Origin: Camelus dromedarius
Taxonomy: Eukaryota
NCBI RefSeq assembly: GCF_036321535.1
Contig: NC_087436.1
Span: 59,336,001 to 59,400,000, forward strand
Direction: 5' to 3'
DNA: 64,000 bases
A program made the position numbers and the translations under genes. Positions 1 to 14,204 of this stretch are shown here, in pieces. Position 1 is the stretch's first letter. Each line of letters begins with the position of its first letter. The notes under the pieces were generated by a model that saw only the letters and a program-made list of their open reading frames with translations, searched no databases and had not been told where the DNA came from.

Positions 1-3000
1 GATTCTTTCAGATACTCAATTATCTCATGAGCAAAATGCAGGTAAAATTAACCAAATGAGAGTGTCATGAGGCTCAAATGAGAACTTATGTGAAGGCTCC
101 AGCATCTCACAGGAACTCAATAATTAGTTTTCTTTCTTAGAATTGTATATGTCACTTCTTTAGAAGAGAAACACAGTGAGACCAAGGATCTTTGTTGTTC
201 TCCACGGCATAATTTTTTGAACCGTGTTTATGTCCCAAAGTCCAAACACATGAGTGGCATTCTTATGTCATATACTAAGTTCTTTAGCTTTTACTATATT
301 TCAGGCTCTGCTCTAGATTTGAAATCTCTGCCTTCTCAGCCTTCAGATTGTGCATATTGCCCCTGAAGTATTTTATTTTCAATTAAAAAAAGAATCAGAG
401 AAAGATGAGGTGCTGTCCTACATGGTCTTGGCCACAGGGAATATGCCAGGCAGGTGGCAGATGCTTTTCAGAAATTTCAAGACTATCAGGAAGATGACTT
501 TAGGATTCCTCCAGTGTCACATTTTCAATCATCTCTGGAACTTGTTTTTACTATACAATATTACAACAGAAGATATTGGCTTCTGAATAAATTTTTCTGA
601 AGTGGAAAAATAAAATCAGATGATGCATAAAGTTAACATGAAGAATGCTACAGAGAACAGAATACCACCTTGGAGGCAGAATAAGTCAAAACAAAAAAAA
701 TGAAACCTGCCTTTATCATCATTCTCAAATTAGATTGATTCAGCCATACTCAAGAGAATAATGTGCCTATTTTCTAGAAGCAGAATGAACTAGTGAGTTC
801 TATGATTTGAAGACAAATTTATCAAAGGAAACCTCTGTGTTCATCAAGAGTCTATTACTAATTCACATGCGCTATTGTTTCCGAACAAAAGACAACAATG
901 TCTATTATGTGTGAAGGTCTAGCCAGGACTACAGAATTAAGTAACTTTGACATTCCCTCTTGGGACATTTTTATACAGAAGAAATTGGCTAAAATATAAA
1001 GTGTATCATTCCTAACGTGAAAGGAAGTAAAGGAGTGATATCATAAAACAACAGTAAGAGTCACTGATCTGTGAAACCCAATCCTTGATTATCCCTCTCC
1101 CACTTGTTTTCTGGTCCTTTTGTTTGTTCCTCAGGTTTCTCCAGCTCTGGGGGGCAGAAGCTTACCTGATTACCCACCTGTCAGCTACTTCCTTATGCTC
1201 TAATTTCCGACTGGGGATTGCAGGATTAGAACACTGAGATGTATATGGCCCAGGGCCACTGCCTTAATTAGGCATGATTGTGTTTAATTATAGCAAGAAA
1301 ACATAACACAGATAAAGATTTTTTTCCTAATATGAAGACTGTCTTTTTGCGTGTAGCTATTCGTACGAAACCCCACAGCAATTACCCTGTTATTCTCATT
1401 ATTTATGATATCTTCTGTTGTTGGTTCTAAAAGTTGAGTATGCATACCTAACAAGACACATCCATTTGATCTCATACAATAACCATAGCATATACTACAT
1501 TATAATCTTTTTTTTTTTAAGCAATTACTGTATACTTATTAGAAGTTGATATGCTATGTGAAAAAAAAGAAAAAGTAGAGCATGGTAAGAACAACAGATG
1601 TTCAGGAATGGGTTGTATTTTTATTTTCCCTTCAATAAACATGTTTAATGAAAGAATGAAATAAATAAAATGACCTTTTTGTTGATGTTTTTGCTGCTGC
1701 TGTTGTGGAAAATATTGCCCTAATATGGTTCATTGTTAGGGAAAAAAGTAACTGTTTTAAAATATCTTCATTTAGCAACAACAAAAAAATTTCTAGCACT
1801 TCTCTGGTAGGAGAAAAGATATTGTAATTCTGATAGCCCGTTTTAATAGCAGTAGAATACTATTCCAGATAACTTAAAGCTTGATGACTAAGCGTTCAGA
1901 CCACTTTTCTGAATAGCATAGGCATTATGAATGGCTTTCAGAACGGATCTGAAAGCTAGAGACTGGAGAATAACCAAAGTCACATGTGGGTACATATTTA
2001 AGACAAGATTTTAATAAATGTCAGATTGAATCTAACCTTCTTCTATAAGTACCTCATAATTTTGTAAAATTATGTAGTTACGTGAAAGTAAAAGAGTTAC
2101 AGCAAGGGAAGCAATCGCTATATTAAAGTAATGGTTTGTTCAGTGAGAAATTGTTACTCATAAACAGATATGTTTCCTAAGTTTTCCCTCTAAGATGGTA
2201 ATGAATTAGCATTTCATTTCAGGACAGTACTATCACCTTGTGGCAGCTACTTTAAAAAAAAAGGGGGGGTGGTTTATGAGTCCATAGAATCAAAAGAATA
2301 TGCACATTTAGCTAATTGAACTCTATTTTGGTAGAGAACAAAAAAAGCAATGCTCTCTAATACCAGAATTGAGGCTTGGAATTCAGGGAGAGGTGAGCTA
2401 GATCAGAGGGAGAAATAAGAGAATTTGAGATGGTCACGCCCCTCCGAATGGCCATGTTCACCACAGAGAAGACCCTCCCTGCTGGAAGTGATGAGAGAAA
2501 GCAAAGTGGGGCAGGTTAAGCACAGTGGTTAAGGCAATGATAATAAATGGCAGCAGATAAGCCAATGTTGTAGTTAAAAGGACTTAGGTCAGTTTAGCAG
2601 AGTGCAGAACACTAGATGTAGAGTAGGACTAGTTAAAAATGGCAGTTGTTTACTCTTAGACTGTATTATATGATGAAAAATTTGGTTGGTCTTTGTCCTT
2701 GGACCCATAGTGTAAAGATATGGGAGGGTCCCAAATCTGGAGCTTCTGTATCTTCCTTGTGGAATTAGGACATTTCCCCTATGAAATGTCTGATTTTTCA
2801 TCAAGGTTACACCTAGATGAAAGTGTTACCTAACACTCTTAACAAAGTCGATAATTTCTACCTTAGTCAAAAATTTCATTAGGTCTTTACACTTTAATTC
2901 TGCTTTGTACCTTTTCTGATAGTAAAATATCTTTTTTAAGCTGACATTCTCAAGATATGTGTATCTCCCACTATATTATACCCACTGAAAAGTAGCAACT

Positions 3001-3190
3001 AAGTTGATTTTAGTACCCATCAAGCAGTCTAGCACATATTGGACATGCTAAGAACAAACAAAAAAAGAACAAAACAACAAAATACCCTACCTCTGTTGAA
3101 TTATGTTTCAAAGAAGAACCAATTCAATAAAATAAAACAAGAAAGGGATTGACTATCCAAAATGTGTGTTATAAACTAAGGATTACCAAC

Positions 3191-3605
3191 TGTTATGAGT
3201 TGAATTGTTTCCCCCCAATATTCATACTTTGAAGCCCTTATCACCAGTACCTCTGAATGTGGCCTTATTTGGAAATAGGGTTGATGAATATGTAATTAGT
3301 TAAGTTAAAATGAGGTCACAGTGGAGTAGGATGGGTTAGAGCCCCTAATCCGGTATGACTGGTGTCCTTACAAAAAAGGGAAATTTGGAGAGAGCCGAGC
3401 ACACCAGGACACTACCATGTAAAGATTAGACTTATGCTACCACAAGACAAGGAATCATTAGAAGTTAGGACAGAGGCTTGGAATACATCCTTCCCTAGAG
3501 ACTTCAGAGGGAACTTGTCCTGTCTATACCATGGTCTCAAACTGCTGGCCCCAGAATGGTTAAGCCATCCAGTCTGTGGTACTCTGTATGGTGGCCCTAC
3601 AAAGC
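3191..3605 (+). mobile_element. MaLR solo LTR (MLT1B/MLT1C-like)
   Basis: Begins TGTTATGAGTTGAATTG...CCCCCCAATATTCATA...GAATGTGGCCTTATTTGGAAATAGGG, which matches the recalled MLT1 5' consensus. Typical ...TAAGCCATCCAGTCTGTGGTAC 3' part. Confidence 0.8.
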
Positions 3606-4079
3606 TGGTGCACTCATACCTCTCCCTGTTCCAAATTCAAGTTCATACTGACAAGAAACTTAACAGCTCTAACCCATATACCTAAAATAAGTAAAATTTA
3701 AAAAAGAAATCAAGTTCTAAGCTAAACATTAAAAAAGGAAGGAAGAAAGGAGAAAGAAAAAGAAAAAAGGGGCTGGCTCTGGTTTTACATTCCATCGCTG
3801 GCTACGAGCTGCTTTGCTCCTTGTAGAGGACAAGGGCCTTTCGTGCAGGATTGCTCTATTACATGTAACATTGTATTTTAAGCAAACATTCATTTGTGGC
3901 AAGTCAATATCACAAATGAAATATTGTCTGAGGAGAAAGGAAAATCAATATCCACCTTTAGGGTCATTAAATTTTGATAAGGATTTTCTGCAAACATCAA
4001 TATACTACCAAAAAGATATATACCGTATGTTTTTTACTTTCTATTTAATCAAATCTGTCTAAGAACCCACTGGAACACG

Positions 4080-4080
<1 letters not shown>

Positions 4081-4147
<67 letters not shown>
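4081..4147. repeat. (AC)33 perfect microsatellite
   Basis: Uninterrupted AC dinucleotide run read directly. Confidence 0.99.
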
Positions 4148-4148
<1 letters not shown>

Positions 4149-5559
4149 CATTCTACAGAATCACCAGTAGTCTCCTTGAAGATTTTTGATGTTTGTTTTG
4201 TTTTAAACAAATATATATTACCAATATTAGCTTTGCCATGAGAAAGAAAAGAAGTACCAAGCCAACCAGATACCTACATGCACTCCAAAGCCTGGACAGG
4301 TAGTTGTGGAATTAGACTAGAGCAGTCAGCTAAAAAGAATAGAAGAGATTAAAAAATTTTCATTTGTCATATTTGAGAAAGATGTTGCTATTAAAAAAAT
4401 ACAAAACTAAAACTAAAGGAGAAGACACTGTAGAGTAATATCTGGGAAGAACACTAAACAAAGTGTACTAAAAAAACTGGGCTGCCTACCTTTCCATAGG
4501 ATTTGAGCCAGTACTCAGAGAATTTACCATGTTCTAACAGGGCTCAAGTGATCTAAATTGTTATTCATTAATGTTTTTCCATTTTATCAGAAAGTAAGCT
4601 TTAAATAATTAATTTCTAGACAGAAGAAAAAACATTTTGATAAATTTTGTTTTATACATTTATTTACCTGACTGTATCCTAAAGACAACTTTAGGCTTTC
4701 AAAATATTTTTCTTGCATTTTTAATGTCATGAACCTAAGCTATATGTTACTGCTGGCTAATTATCCTTATTCCATTCCACTCAATGTTTGATTAACATTC
4801 CTTGTAAAACAGCCTAATGACAATCTGAATGCCCTAGGCTAGTAATTCTCAAGCTCTTTGTTCATGCACACTTTCAAATAAGTGTGTGCTCATGCAACAG
4901 CAGGGATGCATTGTTTGGAACTTGAGATGACTGAACAAATAAATTTAGCATATACCCACTGTGAAAATGTGTGGCACACCAGACATAGCAAATCAGCAAA
5001 TGCTCTTTCGCTTTCTGCTAATCCCCTGAGTTTACAGTAGACCTCTGCAACATCGTTTACAGATAATATCTAAAGATACTGGCAAATCTCTCCAATCTAG
5101 GATTGTGTCTTTGATGTCTTTTGTAATGGCAAAGTACTTTTACTGACTCCTAATTGTAAGGATCTTTATTTTCTATTTTCTGGAACATTTCCTCCAAAGT
5201 ATTTCCAGGTATCCTACAACATTTAATATCCAGAATGATACTCTCTCCCTTTGTGCCTTTAGGATAGGGTAAGCACAGTTACTTGGAGATATTTTGTCAA
5301 TCATTATGAGATTAAATGGTTCACCAAAATCTAAATGGAGGGGCCACAGTCCAGTAAACAACAAACTGTGCAAGACACATTCAGTGTAGTGTCATAAAGC
5401 CCCTTTGTGTTCGTACACTTTCAAGTGTGTGCCTCCCCATCCAAATAGGTTACATTTTTGGAAATGGGAGTACACTGAGCTCAGATTAGGGCAAAGATAA
5501 TCATCACTCAAGCCCAAGACTTTAGCAGTGAAGGGGGTTAATATCTACGAATGGAGAGT

Positions 5560-6039
5560 GCTGGACAGTCTTGCCAACTACAAATTGGCACTTGCCATCT
5601 ACCTCTGCTTGTATTAAATCATGAGTCACTGCAGCCACTGACCTACAACGTTCCCTGAAAGGAGTTCAGGGTGGAGAACAGGACTGAGGCACTCTGTGCT
5701 CTGGGAAAACTGGCTGAACAGGCCTTCAGATAGTTAGATATTTTCAGGAGAAGATTTTATGGCCCCCAATTCTTGCATCTCCTCATATCTAGAAAAGCAC
5801 TAAAATCATTAATGATGATATCTGCTCCTCGTGACTAGCAGCAGCCTCTGCCTAAACATGTGCTTGACTACATGTACCCCTCTTCACTAATAATTTGTAA
5901 TACTGAGTTTTCCCCCTGCTTCTTTGGAACAGTTTCTCAGAGCTTTCTGGGATGCTGTCTCCCAGGCTATAGACCTCATTTTGCCCAAATAAAACTTAAC
6001 CCATAACTCTCATGTTGTGTGAAAATATTTCAGTCAACA
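5560..6039 (+). mobile_element. ERV1-like solo LTR (ungulate type), 5' boundary approximate
   Basis: LTR-type body (CCTGAAAGGAGTTCAGGGTGGAG...GCACTCTGTGCTCTGGGAAAA), AATAAA near 5988, terminus ...CAGTCAACA. Confidence 0.7.
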
Positions 6040-6824
6040 GTCAGAAGCACTGAATTTTGTTTGCTGAAAGCATTTCAGAGCCCTCAGACCATGAGGAAAA
6101 TGTAGGATCACAGTGTACTCTAAACGGCTGTATAAAAGACAGACTACTAAAACATGTCAGGGATGTTTTTTGGGCTCCATTAAAAGTGGACTAAATGGCC
6201 AATATTTGGGGTTGTAATTTTGATGGATTGAAAGGTTCAAAACAGTATTACACAAAGTTGTGATGATTACAATGCAAATGCTATCAAACAAAACACTTTT
6301 TCATGGTTTTTATTTAAGTATCCAAGCCTTCTCTTAGCTACCCTTCAGCAGGGACTGTTCTTTTCTATGCTCTACAGGCTAAAGCCATCACGTTCCACTA
6401 AACACAATGTTACTTTCACCACATCACAGAACCTACTCAGCGAGCTGTGTACTCTGAGAAAGATCAAAGCAATGGTATATGCATACTCGGTTGCAGCAAA
6501 AATAAATTTAACAACTTGCTTACAATTTAATAGCACAAAACTGATGGGTTAAAAATAACCATTTAATCTTTGGTCTATTGGCTAGAATATTGCCTTTTAG
6601 GGGTCAAACAAAAAGCATTATAAAAAAAGGTGGCTGAAGGGAAAGGAAGTAGCAAAAAGAAATGAGACTAGATAGAGTTACAAAGACTTAGCTATCTACT
6701 AGATTTGTTCAGATTCCCTCCTTGTATTGTTTCCTAATTTTTTCTTCATAAAGAGTACCAACACAGAGAGGTTATATGTGGATATACTCTAAGAAAAACC
6801 CAAAAATATTTTTATTAAGAGTTG

Positions 6825-7045
6825 ATACAACTTGAAATTTGCTAAGAGAGTAATCTTAGATGTTCTCACCAAAAAACAAACAAAAAAGGTAGCTAAGTGA
6901 GATAATAGATGTATTAAATTGATTGTATTTCAAAATGCATGTGTACATTACATCATTGTATCATGTATTTAAAAAAATCACGTATAATCTAAATACATGC
7001 AATTTTATTTGTCAGTCTACCTAAATAAAGCTGGAATGAAATCAA
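6825..7045 (+). mobile_element. Old L1M 3'UTR terminal fragment
   Basis: ACTTGAAATTTGCTAAGAGAGTA...TGTTCTCACC...TTTTATTTGTCA...AATAAAGCTGGA is typical of L1MA/L1MB 3' ends. Confidence 0.75.
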
Positions 7046-9764
7046 AATAAATAGTTGATATATATAATGGATAAAACAGTGTATCCCTTCATAAGTCATT
7101 AAGTTTCTAATATACTCATTTGAAAAGTTATAAATTATCGTTATGCTTATTTAGGGGTGAAATTTGGATAGAACATTATACCTAACAAAAAATCTTTAGT
7201 GCTAAAATATTTCAACCAAGAACAATTATAGTCCCTTCTAATTACTATTACAAATTGATTTGAATATTTTCTAGATAACATGGGCATCTCAGCCAATATT
7301 TACCTTTAATAAGGTGTGACATATTTCCTAGATTACAAAAGAAAAAAAATGAATAAAAAAAAAATAATTTTCCTAACTGAAAGTTCTGTAAGATTTGACT
7401 TAACGGCCAAACTAATTTAACAGTTGCAAGAATATTTTGTCTCTGCTACTTACAAAATGGCAAATGTACCCTTCACTGAGAGAATAAGCAACACTATATT
7501 TTTTCTAACATTTTGAAATATAGTGAAAAAGAGACAAAGATTTTGGTATGGGACAAGCATTTTAGTTTGCTTGTTTTCTTCTTTTTCCCAGGTTTGAATG
7601 AACCAAGTTGTAGGCTTCTTAAACAATAAACTCATGGGTATAGAATGAATGTATTTAGGTGTTAGATTGGCGGGGGGTCCCTATTTTTAAATGGAAGCTT
7701 TTATTAATGGTATCTGCTAGTAAAAGGAAAGCTGACAAATTTGAGGCTTGTAAGAATCACTGAGAAATAAATTTGCTATTTAGTTTCCTTGTGCTTTCAA
7801 AAACAAGTTATATTAAATGAAGGCAAACACTTCAAAACAAGCAGCATACAATAACACTTTTCCATTAAAAAAACCAAAAACCCTATTTTTGAGAAAACCA
7901 AACCAAACCAGAGCAAAGATGTAAAGCTCTTTAACTCTTCAACTATGAGCCAAGCAGTTGAAATAAATAAAAATATGAGAATTTTTGTTTTAATACTTTC
8001 ATCTTTTTCTACCTAATCCAGAAATAACTGGAACTGATAGCTGTCAAAATTTCTCTATCAAAAAAAAAAATCACATTAATCATATACGAAAGGTTAGAAG
8101 AGATGCTTCTATAAAAAATTGTTTATTTTTTGTTTTGTTTTCTGTAAACATTTTTCTACTATTTCCCTGAAAAAAATAATCAATTCGATTGGTCCCTTTC
8201 AAATAACTAATAAGCAGTAGAACAAAAATGTATAAAATTATGAAATTAATCATTACAGATTGGGAAACATTTTACACAGTGCCCCCAATATTGGTCTTTC
8301 CTCTGTAATATTGTTTTCAAATAATTTTTATTTTAATGTTTAGCAATTAACTCCAAGTTGAGACACATAAAAATACATATTTAATTAAAGAAATGTCTCC
8401 ATCTTACAATTGCAGATTGTGCTTTTTGAACTTTTCCACAATTATTTTGCATCTCAAATTGATTTCATTTACTGTTATATTCATTTTACTTTACTTTATT
8501 TAAAGAAATATTTAGGGACTCCAATTGCAAGGCTTTTTTTTTTTTTCTTTGCCTTTAATAACATGAATTGAATGTTTAAATGTGACAGTTTTGGTCTACA
8601 TGTAAAAACAAATAGAGTTAAGGATAAATCATGCATAATACTTCACTGAAACAAAGAAAAATAACCTACTATAGAAGGAAGATAAAGACAGAATTTTGCC
8701 TTGCTTTCTGCAGTTGAGAAATAAGTCCCAAGAAACACATTTCACCATGTAATTGTATTTTCTACTTTTGTATTAGTGTAAGAAGACATTTAAATAACAT
8801 TCTTTTTATATCCTCCTAATAATTTAGAAGGCAGTTGTACTTTTATAAATGAAAACAATAAATAACAAATACTCTTCCAGTAACACTTTGGGCTTCTGTG
8901 GGATTTGTTCATAGTGTTAATGGTGTGTCTAGGTAAACATCTGAAACAATATACGCTACTAATTAAAAGACTATATATCCTGTGGTGTGAACCCTGTGAT
9001 ATAATTAAATTCTGGCTGCCCTCCATTACAGAAAAGGAAAGTATGTGATGTGTGAAAATGTGCAAATTAAATTAGATTACTAAGTCCTTGAACCAATATT
9101 GGGTTGCTAAGATAAGACATTTTTGATGATCTGGGGTGTATGAAATGATGAGTCAAGGGATATGGCTCATGGAGTGCATATACGCACGTTATGCCAGATA
9201 GTTTGTTAGCCTGACAAAGTTACAGTTGGAGAGTGTATCACAAACATGAATTAGAAAGGTTAAGGCAATATCTGGCATTCCTATTCAACAAAATATTAAC
9301 CCAATTGAAATTTTCTTTCCTTTAAATGTACGTGAATATAATATTAAAATTGTAGATCATTTTTGTAGTTATTTCCTCTTTTAAACTAGTTGTATTTTAT
9401 GAATTAATTTGAAATCCCAAGACAAAAAGGGGAAAAACAAAAGAAGGAAAACCAAATTTGCATTTCCTTTCAAGAATATTTTGCAAGAAATAACTTACTT
9501 GAGAAAAATTTTCCACATAAATTAAAATTATGAGAGTATATTCTTATTCTATTCTCACACCATTTGGTGTTTAAATATTTTAAATTTTATTTCACTTTTT
9601 TCTTAACTGATATATTGGACACATTTTCAAAAAAACAATTGAAGCAGTCTAGTGCTGACATGGCTTATGCTGAAAGAAACTTATTCACTAGCTTTGCTAT
9701 AAAGTTCCAGCTTTCAATGAAATTTTGAATTTCACTTTAATTCACAATTTCCAGATAGTCACAA

Positions 9765-10112
9765 CAATGGTTAATTTTATATGTCAACTTGACTGGGCAT
9801 GGGGTGCCAGATATTTGGTTTGACATGATTCTTGTTATGTTAGTGAAGATACTTCCGGTGAGATTAACATTTGAATCCATAAACTGGGTAAAGCAGATTG
9901 TTCTCCCCAGTGTAGGTGGGCCTCATCCAATCTGCTGTAGGTCTGACGAGAGCAAAAGGCTGAGTATGGGAGAATTCACTCTCTCTGACTGCCTGTCTTC
10001 AGACTTGGACTTCAACTGGAACTAAACCAACAGCTCTCCTGGGTCTCCAGCTTGCTGCCTTCAATTCATGGAACATCTAAGCCTCCATAACTACATGTTC
10101 CAATTCTTTAAG
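9765..10112 (+). mobile_element. ERVL solo LTR (MLT2-like)
   Basis: ATGGTTAATTTTATATGTCAACTTGACTGGGC...AGATTAACATTTGAATC...GTAGGTGGGCCTCATCCAATC is the recalled MLT2 signature. Confidence 0.85.
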
Positions 10113-10122
10113 ATATATTTCA

Positions 10123-10177
10123 ATAGATAGGTGGGTAGGTAGATAGGTAGGTAGGTAGGTAGACAAATAGATAGAGA
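10123..10177. repeat. (TAGA/TAGG)n compound tetranucleotide microsatellite
   Basis: Direct reading. Abuts the MLT2 3' region. Confidence 0.9.
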
Positions 10178-11544
10178 TTGAATAGCAACCATATGCTTTT
10201 TAATACCCTTCTGAAAATCTAACCATAAATAAATAATTACCCAAACAAGCAAAGAGAAAAATAAAATTCTAGAATATATCTTAAATAATGGCTAGGGTAT
10301 GGTGTCAACCAGAGAGCCATCATACTAACCTAGCTTACCAAATCTATTATGTATCATTCATGATGTCCAACTGTGAAAGCTCTCTTAGTGATAAACACTT
10401 CTTACAATAATAACCTTTACTGCTTAACACTTACAGCTTTACTCACTCTTCTTTTTCAGTTGTCACTATTACTTATTTAAAATCATTTGGAAATACCCCA
10501 CAAATATTATCATTTTCCATAATAAATAAAATCAATTTTAATAGTACCCTTCTAAATATAGGTTGGAAGAAATCATTATTACAAAAATATGTGAGTAATT
10601 TATTTTGTGTGTTTGAATAATTAACTATATTTTAAGCAATACTGTTAAATTAGTATCTACCTGAGGCATAGATGTCTCAGCGTCTGAAAGCAATGAATGG
10701 TTTTATACATAATTCCTCTAACAGAACTGATGGCAGCTTCATTTTCACTGCCATGAACATACATTACTTTATTTCCTTGGCATTAAAAAATTGTACCTTC
10801 AGGTCCCATTCAGAGTTGCAATTTATCTAAAATAATGAGTAGATACTAAAACTAGACATACAAATAAACCATTTTTATAAAATTTCCATTATCAAAAAGC
10901 TGTTCACACAGCACATAACAGAAAAATAAAACTGAAGTAGTTATAGTTTAGATATGTGATCATATACTGTTTTTAATAATTTTATAAAAGACCCCACTGA
11001 TATCACTGAAATTAGTTACACTGAAAGATCCATTAATTCTATTGAAAGGATTACTGACTTTCTGAGTCTTAAAATCTTATTCCAAAGTTAAGACAACAAA
11101 ACAGCCCATTACTTCAAGTGAAGGTGAAATTTAGGCTAAGGAAAAACCATTAGTTTCTATCAAGTTCCTAACTTGGTTGGTAATAACTTTTGTCTCCTTT
11201 ATGGTTTTTTTTCTTTTAATATCTACTTAGCACTGCATCTTCAACTAGAAATTAGATATCACAATATCAAGTGGTTCATTTAAAGCAAGTGTCATTGAAT
11301 GCAGTATGACGTTAAAGCCAATTTTAACTTAGTAACACCATTTAGCAACATTATAAGGACTAATAACTATTTTTCTTAACTTTCAGGGAGAAAAAGTCCA
11401 TGCTAAAGTTTTTTATTGTTATTTTTATAGAAAGTTATGGTTTAATTTAGCACACGCGTGTAAAAGAAAATCAATTTATTTTAAAAAATGCATAGAGTAT
11501 GAACATATCTCTGTAGTACTGTATTTCTTAGAAGAAATAGAAGG

Positions 11545-11722
11545 CTCTGGAGTCTAACAGCCATGAAACCTCTGCTCTGCACAGGTCTCTATTTTCTTAC
11601 CCATTAAAAAGGTGTTAATACTGACTGCTACCCAACAGATGAGTATTAAATGAGTGTAAGTATGGGGCTCCCAGTAGTGTTTGGCACATACTAAATGCTA
11701 TGTAGTATGAACTGTTACTATT
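11545..11722 (+). mobile_element. Degenerate MIR SINE
   Basis: GGCTCTGGAGTC...GAGTATTAAATGAG...GGCACATACTAAATGCT resembles MIR. Confidence 0.55.
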
Positions 11723-12004
11723 TTGAATACCGAAAGGTATTATAGTTGGGCCCTTCTTAAATGAAGTCAAGAAATATTTTTTCAAGGATATTGTTGATGC
11801 TTCTTAAAACACAACTTAATCAGAAAATCCACAGACATGGCATTTGTATGTACTTATAAAATGCAGTATATGATGAAAAAACCATGTTTTAATTCGGTGT
11901 AATCTCACCAAATCAGGTGCATGCCTCACTTTTAAGGGCAGAACGGAGCTTCAATACTTAAATATAAGCCTATAACTATAGTTTTTTTTTTTTTTTACCT
12001 AAAA

Positions 12005-12193
12005 CGGTGGTTCTCAAACTTCAGCATGTATCAGAATTACCATGAGGGCTTGTTAAAACACAGAATGCTGGGCCCTCCCTTCAAAGTCTCTGATTTAGAA
12101 AGTCTGGCTTAAATTCTGAGAAGTCACCTTTCTAACCAGTTCCCAGGTGCTACTGCTGTTGCTGGTGTAGGCACCACACTTGGGGAACTGCTG
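12005..12193. mobile_element. MER5A-like hAT-Charlie MITE, full length
   Basis: CGGTGGTTCTCAAACTT...CACACTTGGGGAACTGCTG termini form degenerate TIRs. Length about 189 bp. Flanked by 8-bp ACCTAAAA/CGCTAAAA (6/8 match), consistent with a hAT TSD. Confidence 0.88.
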
Positions 12194-12484
12194 CGCTAAA
12201 ATGTGTGATTGAATTTCCCATCTGGGTTTGGAGAATCAGAGTCAGGACTACAAGCTCCAAACTGCACTCTCTCAGCACTTGCCAATGGCCTGGTTGAGGC
12301 AGGTAACATCTGAGAGAACTAAGCTTGTCTGGGATCTTGCATTTATTCGTTCCTGTGTTTTGGAACTACCACAGCTGTCTGGGCCTGGGCACTTCCGTTG
12401 TCAGCAAAAGAGTTACCAAAGTTTTATTTAAGACTGCAATTTCTGGTTTGTTCTATGATCTTTACCTCTGATTTTCATAAATCT

Positions 12485-12912
12485 TGCTTGTCCATCAGCC
12501 TCCATTCCTACCCTTTCTATGTTCCTCCCTTTATCTAAGAGGCCTGCATCCTGGAAACTACATTTTCCATCTCTCTAGAGTTCTGGACTTGTTTTAGGCT
12601 CTGTTGATGAGATGGGTGCATATAAAATTGGGAAGGAACAGGAGAGGCCAAGGGCACCCTTGATCTGACACAGATGGTGGCTGACACAGGCTCCAAGACA
12701 CAAGGTCATGTTCTCCTGGGTGGTTACTTGGTACTCTGGGCAGCTGTGATTACTGGCAGTGTTTTCCTGCAGCTTCCTGATCACTGCTTCTCAGCAGTGG
12801 ACAATGACAGATGACTGCTGATTTCCAGTTCTACTTAGTGGTCTATCCAACAATTTTGTAATTTCCTGTTTTAAGTAGTTTCTGGTATCTGCACTGAAAT
12901 CTGACCGATACA
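12485..12912 (+). mobile_element. Ancient ERVL solo LTR (LTR41/LTR33-like)
   Basis: GGAAACTACATTTTCC motif near the 5' end and the ...CTGAAATCTGACCGATACA terminus typical of this LTR group. Confidence 0.6.
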
Positions 12913-13299
12913 CCCCTCTAATACTTCTTACTACTCCCTCTCCCTTTTCCTTTTATCGCTTATTTATATTTACTCCATATTAGCTGTCATCTGTGCCATT
13001 TTCATTCAAATTCATTTATTTCATAGTTATGCTTTTCCCCTATTGGAATTCTCTCTTCTTAATATCCATTAGGCCTTATGAGATCCTTTAAGTTCCTAAA
13101 TATATCCATACTTATCCAGTTTTTCATATCCATGCAATTCACATGAAGATTTCTCAGTTTCCAGATGAAACGTTACTGTGCCTACAAACTGCTTATTCTA
13201 ATATATTTTTATCACCATCTCTCCAATACCCTATTCTCCTTTAAAGTCTCATGTACAGGTTTCCCCCCACCCCCTATACCTCTGTTGGTCTGCGGCATG

Positions 13300-13620
13300 C
13301 TCAGACACTTGTTTCTGTTAAGAACATTATCACATGATCAAAACTTTTCAGTCCCTTGGCAACCACTGCTTTCATCCCAGGTGATTTTGCCTTCTATTCG
13401 CCATTCTATTCTCCAGTCTAATCTTGAACTCCTTCCTTCAAAGTTTGTTGAGCCTCCTTCAGTCAGTTTTTCAGGCTTATATGTGTAACCTGGACCATGC
13501 CATGGTCTGCAATTGCTTATTCTCCAAAATATTAAATTCAGAAATCCAAATCTCTTACTTCGCATACAACAATCTTACTCACTTTCATAAACATACTGAA
13601 AGATTTGCTCTTCCTCTGCA
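13300..13620 (+). mobile_element. Degenerate LINE-2 fragment
   Basis: C/T-rich L2-like sequence (CTGGACC...TCTCCAAAAT...AAATCCAAATCTCT). Weak match. Confidence 0.4.
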
Positions 13621-14204
13621 CCCACACCTGAAAACTCATCCCCAAACACCACTCACACTGCTCTCTATCTCTCTCACACACACACCATGCACACTACAAC
13701 CTACTCTTTCAATGTGAGCTGAACATTTTTGGCCTTTTTACTTTTGTCTTTGAGGGAAAAAAAAAATGCAACTTCAGTTCTTCCTATCCTGCTCCTGCTG
13801 TCTCCAAATCCCCAGTTTGAAGATGTACTTGTCTTCAACATAAACATCACACATGCTTATTGAAAGAGATGAGAAGAAAAAACGTAAAATAAAAAATTAT
13901 GAAATTTCTCAGATGGTAAGTATACACTTTTTAGCCAGGACTCTCCACAGCCTAAACCAGACTTACTTTCCAAGCCCCATCTTCCTTGAACATTCTATTT
14001 ACATTCTTTGCTTAATTTCACTTTCTGCCTGGATATCCTCATCTTTAGAACAAAGATCTGTCCTCTTTAAGGTTCTCTGGAAATATCCTGTCCTGTGGTC
14101 TTGTCTAACCCCCTGAATCTTAAGAGTAGTTTGATTTTTTTTTTGTAAAAACATAATATTCACTATCACTGGAATAAAAAGTCAGAAAAAAATCCTCGTT
14201 AAAA

